Source of the DNA: an uncultured Chloroflexia bacterium
Lineage (GTDB): Bacteria > Chloroflexota > Anaerolineae > CG2-30-64-16
Direction of reading: 5' to 3'
NCBI GenBank assembly: GCA_963774265.1
Contig: CAVZDU010000001.1
Location: forward strand, 480,001 to 544,000
Length of the DNA stretch: 64,000 bases
Position numbers and translations under genes: made by a program. Below the pieces are notes generated by a model. It did not search any database, was not told the DNA's origin, and saw nothing but the letters and a program-made list of their open reading frames with translations. Shown one piece after another: positions 59,744-64,000 of the stretch. The first letter of the stretch is position 1; every line of letters starts with the position of its first letter.

Positions 59744-60499
59744 TTGTTGACCGGTAAGCTGGAGGCCGCGCAGGCGCGCATTCGCGACCGCTGGTACCCT
59801 CACTTCTCATGGCTCGTAAATGATGAGACCCCATGGGTTGATTGCACCAAGCCATTGGCTGATTCAGCGTTCGCGTTGATCAGCACCTGCGGGGTCTATT
59901 GCGCCGACAGCCAGTTGCCTTTCGACGCCTGGAACGATCTCGGGGATTCGTCGTTCCGCGAGATTAATCTGGACACGCCTTCCGATCGGCTTGCGATTGC
60001 TCACACACATTACGACCATAAGCAGGTGGCCGCTGATGTAAACGTTGCATTTCCCATTGCGCACTTCCGGCGGCTGGCGGACGAAAAGGTGATCAAGCGG
60101 CTCCATCCCTGGGCTTATAGCTTCATGGGATACTTGCCTGAGCCGCATCAATTAATCACCCGATCGGGCCCGCAGGTTGCCCGGCGTCTCGCTGTCGAGG
60201 GGGTTGATGCGGTGTTTCTGACGCCGTGTTGACCGATCTGTCAACAGTCCGTGGGACTGATTGCTCGGGCCATCGAGGCGGAAGGTATTCCAACTGTGTG
60301 CGTGGTGATGAATCGCGACATCGCGGAAAACGTGGGCATTCCACGTGCACTCTTTGTGCGCTTTCCCTATGGCGCCCCGCTTGGCCCCGCAGGCAGCCCC
60401 GACACGCAGATGGCGGTGATCCGCGATGCGCTTGCCCTGTTGATGTCCGCCACCGCGCCGGGTACAGTTGTTGAATCTACGGTCGAATGGCCGGAGTAA
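59744..60499 (+). CDS. GrdB/PrdB-like reductase selenoprotein (Sec at UGA 60230-60232)
   Basis: ORFs 59744-60232 and 60251-60499 are in frame: VFLTPC-U-PICQQSVGLIARAIEAEGIPTV; SECIS-like hairpin at 60245-60259. Confidence 0.88.
60242..60263 (+). promoter_or_regulatory. Bacterial SECIS element (candidate)
   Basis: CAA-CAGTCC-GTG-GGACTG-A-TTG; stem starts 12 nt after the UGA and the loop begins with G. Confidence 0.75.
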
Positions 60500-60524
60500 T
60501 CTTGCATCACATATAGGAGAAACC

Positions 60525-60779
60525 ATGCGGATCACGATCGAATTCTGCGTGGCGTGAAACTACACGCCTCGGGCCGCCAGTTTGGCGGAAACGCTGGCTA
60601 ACACGTTCAAGCCGGTCGTCGGAGGACGACACCCTATTGAAGCGATCGTGCTTGTTCCCTCCGGCAACGGTCGGTACGAAGTTACAATCGACGACGAATT
60701 AGTCTATTCTAAGGCGGCCACCGGCGTACATACGACTAACGATTTCATCGTCGACAAGGTGCGTGCACGGCTGAAGTAA
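60525..60779 (+). CDS. Rdx/SelW-family selenoprotein (CxxU, Sec at UGA 60555-60557)
   Basis: AGGAGA RBS, MRITIEFCVA-U-NYTPRAASLA...LVPSGNGRYEVTIDDELVYSK. Confidence 0.9.
60574..60588 (+). promoter_or_regulatory. Bacterial SECIS element (candidate)
   Basis: CCGCCA-GTT-TGGCGG hairpin 16 nt after the UGA; loop begins with G. Confidence 0.72.
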
Positions 60780-60853
60780 CCCGATAACCTGAGCCGTGAT
60801 CGATTTCTCGCTGATAATCACAAACGGCGTCATGCCAGAGGGGGAACGCGTTC

Positions 60854-61780
60854 ATGGCGGGTGAAACTTGCTGCGTGTGCAATAAATCGGTCACTGGCGC
60901 GGCCAGGATGCTTGGTGGCCGGGCGTTTTGCGAAGATCACTACGCTCGGGTGGGCCAGAATCGCCGCGGTATGTGGTTGGCCATCCTGATCCTGATTATC
61001 GGCCTCGCCGCGTTCGTCGCGGCGGTGTTTTACGCTGCGCCGGCCGTGCGCACAAATCTGCAGGGCCCACTGCTCACCATCGTCGGCCTCCTGCTGGCCC
61101 TGGTCCCGGCAGCGGTGTGGTTGAGCGTGTTCTATCTTCAGGATCGCGCCGAGCCGGAGCCGAAACAATTCGTCCTCGGTGTTTTCATCTTGGGCACATT
61201 GCTGGCGGCAGCAGTCGGCCAGCCCCTGATCCAGGGTGTATTTGGGATCAACCAGTGGGCTGGCAGCAGTCTCTTCCTGCGGCTGCTAGCGGGCATCTGC
61301 ATCGTGGGCATCACGCAGGAATTCCTCAAATACGCCGCTGTCCGGTACAGCATCTTCCGCAGCGTGGAATTCGACGAGCGCATCGATGGCATCATCTATG
61401 GCGCCGCCGCTGGTTTGGGCTATGCGACTTTCCTAAACGTCCAGTATGTCCTGCAGAACGGCGGCGTCGATCTGGGCATCGGCGCGGTGCGCATCGCCGT
61501 CCTCGCGTTGGCACATGCTTCATTTGCCGGTATTACTGGCTACTTCTTGGGTCGTGCCAAATTCGAGAACCGCGGCCCCTTCTGGCTTCCGGCTGGCCTG
61601 CTGCTAGCGGCGATTCTGAACGGCGTCGTCAGCACGCTCATCAGCGAGATCACGCGTAGTGGTCTGCGTCCGACCCCGTTGAACGGATTGATATTTGCCG
61701 CGGTCGTAGCTGCGACCACCTTCATCATCCTGTTCGTCATCATGCAACGTAGCGCGCGGCCCGGCGCCGCTTCTGCGTAA
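60854..61780 (+). CDS. PrsW-family intramembrane metalloprotease with N-terminal Cys/His knuckle
   Basis: DRAEPEP, QEFLKY, DGIIYG..AGLGYA..LN, HASFAG..GYFLG; N-terminal CxxC..CxxH. Confidence 0.85.
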   Translation: MAGETCCVCNKSVTGAARMLGGRAFCEDHYARVGQNRRGMWLAILILIIGLAAFVAAVFYAAPAVRTNLQGPLLTIVGLLLALVPAAVWLSVFYLQDRAEPEPKQFVLGVFILGTLLAAAVGQPLIQGVFGINQWAGSSLFLRLLAGICIVGITQEFLKYAAVRYSIFRSVEFDERIDGIIYGAAAGLGYATFLNVQYVLQNGGVDLGIGAVRIAVLALAHASFAGITGYFLGRAKFENRGPFWLPAGLLLAAILNGVVSTLISEITRSGLRPTPLNGLIFAAVVAATTFIILFVIMQRSARPGAASA

Positions 61781-61792
61781 AGGAATAACTCG

Positions 61793-62401
61793 ATGACAGC
61801 AACGAGTATCAAGCTGCGACGCACGCTGTTCCGCGAGGAAGAGCCGGAATGGTTGGTTTGGGCCCTGGTGATTGCGCTGCTGGCCGTGGGACTCATCGTG
61901 CGCACCATCGTCGTGAATCGTTCGACCGCTTTCAGCGCGGGCAACTTGTCTGTCAGCTACCCTGCCTCCTGGACCCAGATACAGAGTGATGCGGAAAACG
62001 AAATGCTCGCGGTGAGCGAGCCTTTCGACGCGGGATTATTCCCGGCGCACTTCACGCTGCAGCAGATGCCGGTGACGGACATCAGCACCAGCGCCCGGAC
62101 TCTTGGCGACTTCGCCCTGAAGTGGGCCGATCGTAAGGCGAAGGATTTGCTCGGCTATAGGGTGTTGAGCATCGAGGAAACAAAGGTGCGGGGCAAGGAC
62201 GCCGTGCGGGTGGAATACGTGTACGTCACTGAGCCGGCGATAGCTACGCCCAACAGCGTGCCCATTGTCGCCGAGGGCGCAGACGTCTTGATCCGCCAGG
62301 ATAACGTCATGACTGTGGCAAGCCTGGTGGCTTCAGCGGACGCGTTCAAAGGCCTCGACGGCGTGTGGAATCGCATCGTTGGTTCGCTTGAGCTGAAGTA
62401 G
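61793..62401 (+). CDS. Membrane-anchored protein with PsbP/DcrB-like extracytoplasmic domain
   Basis: One TM, LSVSYPASW, VRGKDAVRVEY, C-terminal F...WNRIVGSLEL. Confidence 0.55.
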   Translation: MTATSIKLRRTLFREEEPEWLVWALVIALLAVGLIVRTIVVNRSTAFSAGNLSVSYPASWTQIQSDAENEMLAVSEPFDAGLFPAHFTLQQMPVTDISTSARTLGDFALKWADRKAKDLLGYRVLSIEETKVRGKDAVRVEYVYVTEPAIATPNSVPIVAEGADVLIRQDNVMTVASLVASADAFKGLDGVWNRIVGSLELK

Positions 62402-62407
62402 GAGACG

Positions 62408-63983
62408 ATGATGAGACGCCAAACCCGGACAATCCTATTCGCGGCGCTGACTCTCCTTTCCCTTGCGGTCGGACTCGTCGGCAGCGCACCGCAGGTCGAG
62501 GCCCTGGATCGGGAAATCGCCCAGCGCATCTTGCGTTCCTCCGTCAAGCTGATGACGCCGTTCGATGCGGATGACAACGCCGGCAGCCTGTGCTCGGGCA
62601 CGATGCTCGATCGGGAGGGCTACATCCTGACCAACTTCCATTGTATCGGCTACCCAACCTCGGGAGGTTCGGATTCGGAGTTGGAGGACCTGGGCTTGCG
62701 ACCGGGCGACTTTTTTAACGCGAAAGGCTTGTCGGTGGTGGCCATCACGGATGACGCGGCGCAAGCTCCCAAAGCCGGCTTATGTTGCCCGGGCCCTATC
62801 GTACGACGCAGAACTGGATCTCGCGGTGCTCAAAATCATCGCGTACTACAACAGCAAGCAGGAGATCACCGCCACGCTGCCCGTTGTTTCGATGGACCTT
62901 GCCGACTCGGATACCGTCGAAACACTCGATGATGTGATCGTGATAGGCTACCCCGGAATTGCGGGCGATACGGTGACCGCGACGGAAGGCCGGATTTCGG
63001 GCTTCATGGATGAAGACGGTGACGACGAGTTCGACTGGTTCAAGACCGATGTGCTGGTCAACCAGGGCAACTCAGGTGGATCTGCTGTCAACGCTGCAGG
63101 TCAACTGATTGGCGTACCGACGGCGCGCATTCAGGACCAGGCGGGCAACGTCATATACCTGGTCCGCCCGACGAACCGTGCCGTGCCCTACATCGAGGAG
63201 GCGCGCAAGGTTGGCGCCAGCGGCGGTAAGATCAGCACCAAGCCGCCCAGCAGTTCGTCGGCCAAACCGAGCGGCAAGGCAGGTTTTGGGGAGATCGTAT
63301 TTGGGACAGCCTTCGACGAGAGTGATGGTATTCTTGGCGAGGCAACCAGCTTCCAGTCCGGCATCGCCGAGGTGCATGCGGGTCTGCCATATGAAGGCAT
63401 GCGCAACGGTATGGATTGGGGTTACGCGTGGCAATACGAAGGACAAGACGTCACCGGTGACCCCGAGTTGGAGTGGGAATTCGGCGCATCCGGTATTCTC
63501 GACCTCACTCTGAGCGGCAAAAAAGGCCTGACCGATGGCAGCTATGGCCTGCAGGTCTATCTGCGAGGGGATCTTGTCCAGGAGGCGGGCTTCACCGTGG
63601 GCAAGCGGCAGGCCAACAACCGGCCGCCTCAGAAGCCACAATCGCCCGCCGACGATGGCGTGATCATCACGGGGGTCGTTGTCGACTATGCAACGCAGCG
63701 GCCTATTCAGAACGCAGTCGTTGTCTTCCTGTTTCCCGAGTTGACTGTTGATGACTTCGACGCGGACGAAAGTGAAGACAAGACTGAGACGGTGTTGTCG
63801 TACGGCGTTACGGACGCAGAGGGTGTTTATACGATCGACACGCCCCTGCCGCGCGGCGAGTCTTATACGGCGATCGTGGGAGCCAAAGGCTACCAACGCA
63901 TCGCTGAGGACTTCGCGTTGGAAATCACCGAGGATGACCCCGACCTGATCGAGCTCGATCCATTGGAGTTAGATCGCCTATAG
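62408..63983 (+). CDS. Secreted trypsin-like serine protease with C-terminal beta-sandwich domains (frameshift near 62758)
   Basis: Signal peptide, LTNFHC (His), DLAVLKI (Asp), NQGNSGG (Ser), IGYP; C-terminal carboxypeptidase-regulatory-like repeat. Confidence 0.85.
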
Positions 63984-64000
63984 TCTCCATATTTTGGAAC

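Noticed and set aside
1-64000. Prophage, IS elements, tRNA/rRNA genes, defence island
   Set aside because: No integrase, transposase, phage structural genes or tRNA cloverleaf recognised by eye; a tRNAscan/Infernal run would be needed to exclude small RNA genes fully

Overview
GC-rich bacterial chromosomal segment. The gene repertoire (translin, Elp3, DUF5671 repeats, PTPS-related/YfhO-like membrane proteins, Pro/Thr-linker secreted proteins) suggests Chloroflexota, Anaerolineae/Caldilineae-like; this is inference. About 52 CDS, mostly housekeeping or cell envelope (hpt, pepF, recN, nadK, hisS, modA, corA, elp3). No rRNA, tRNA, CRISPR array, transposase or integrase was recognised. The most notable items are not evident from the ORF track: (1) a four-gene, translationally coupled candidate sphingolipid/ceramide operon (KDSR-like SDR, GNAT ceramide-synthase-like, extended SDR, SPT-like) at 10.3-14.4 kb; (2) two tandem selenoprotein genes (GrdB/PrdB-like CUxxC and Rdx/SelW CxxU), each with an in-frame UGA and a SECIS-like hairpin, at 59.7-60.8 kb; (3) an intergenic region at 2.9-3.7 kb holding a promoter- and terminator-bounded rod-shaped ncRNA (6S-like) next to an oriC-like DnaA-box/DnaA-trio unwinding module, with no dnaA in the window; (4) an Hrq1/MrfA-type helicase with an HNH domain inserted near its C-terminus. 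Eight genes carry single frameshifts, most likely long-read consensus errors. All product calls come from motif recognition by eye, not database searches.
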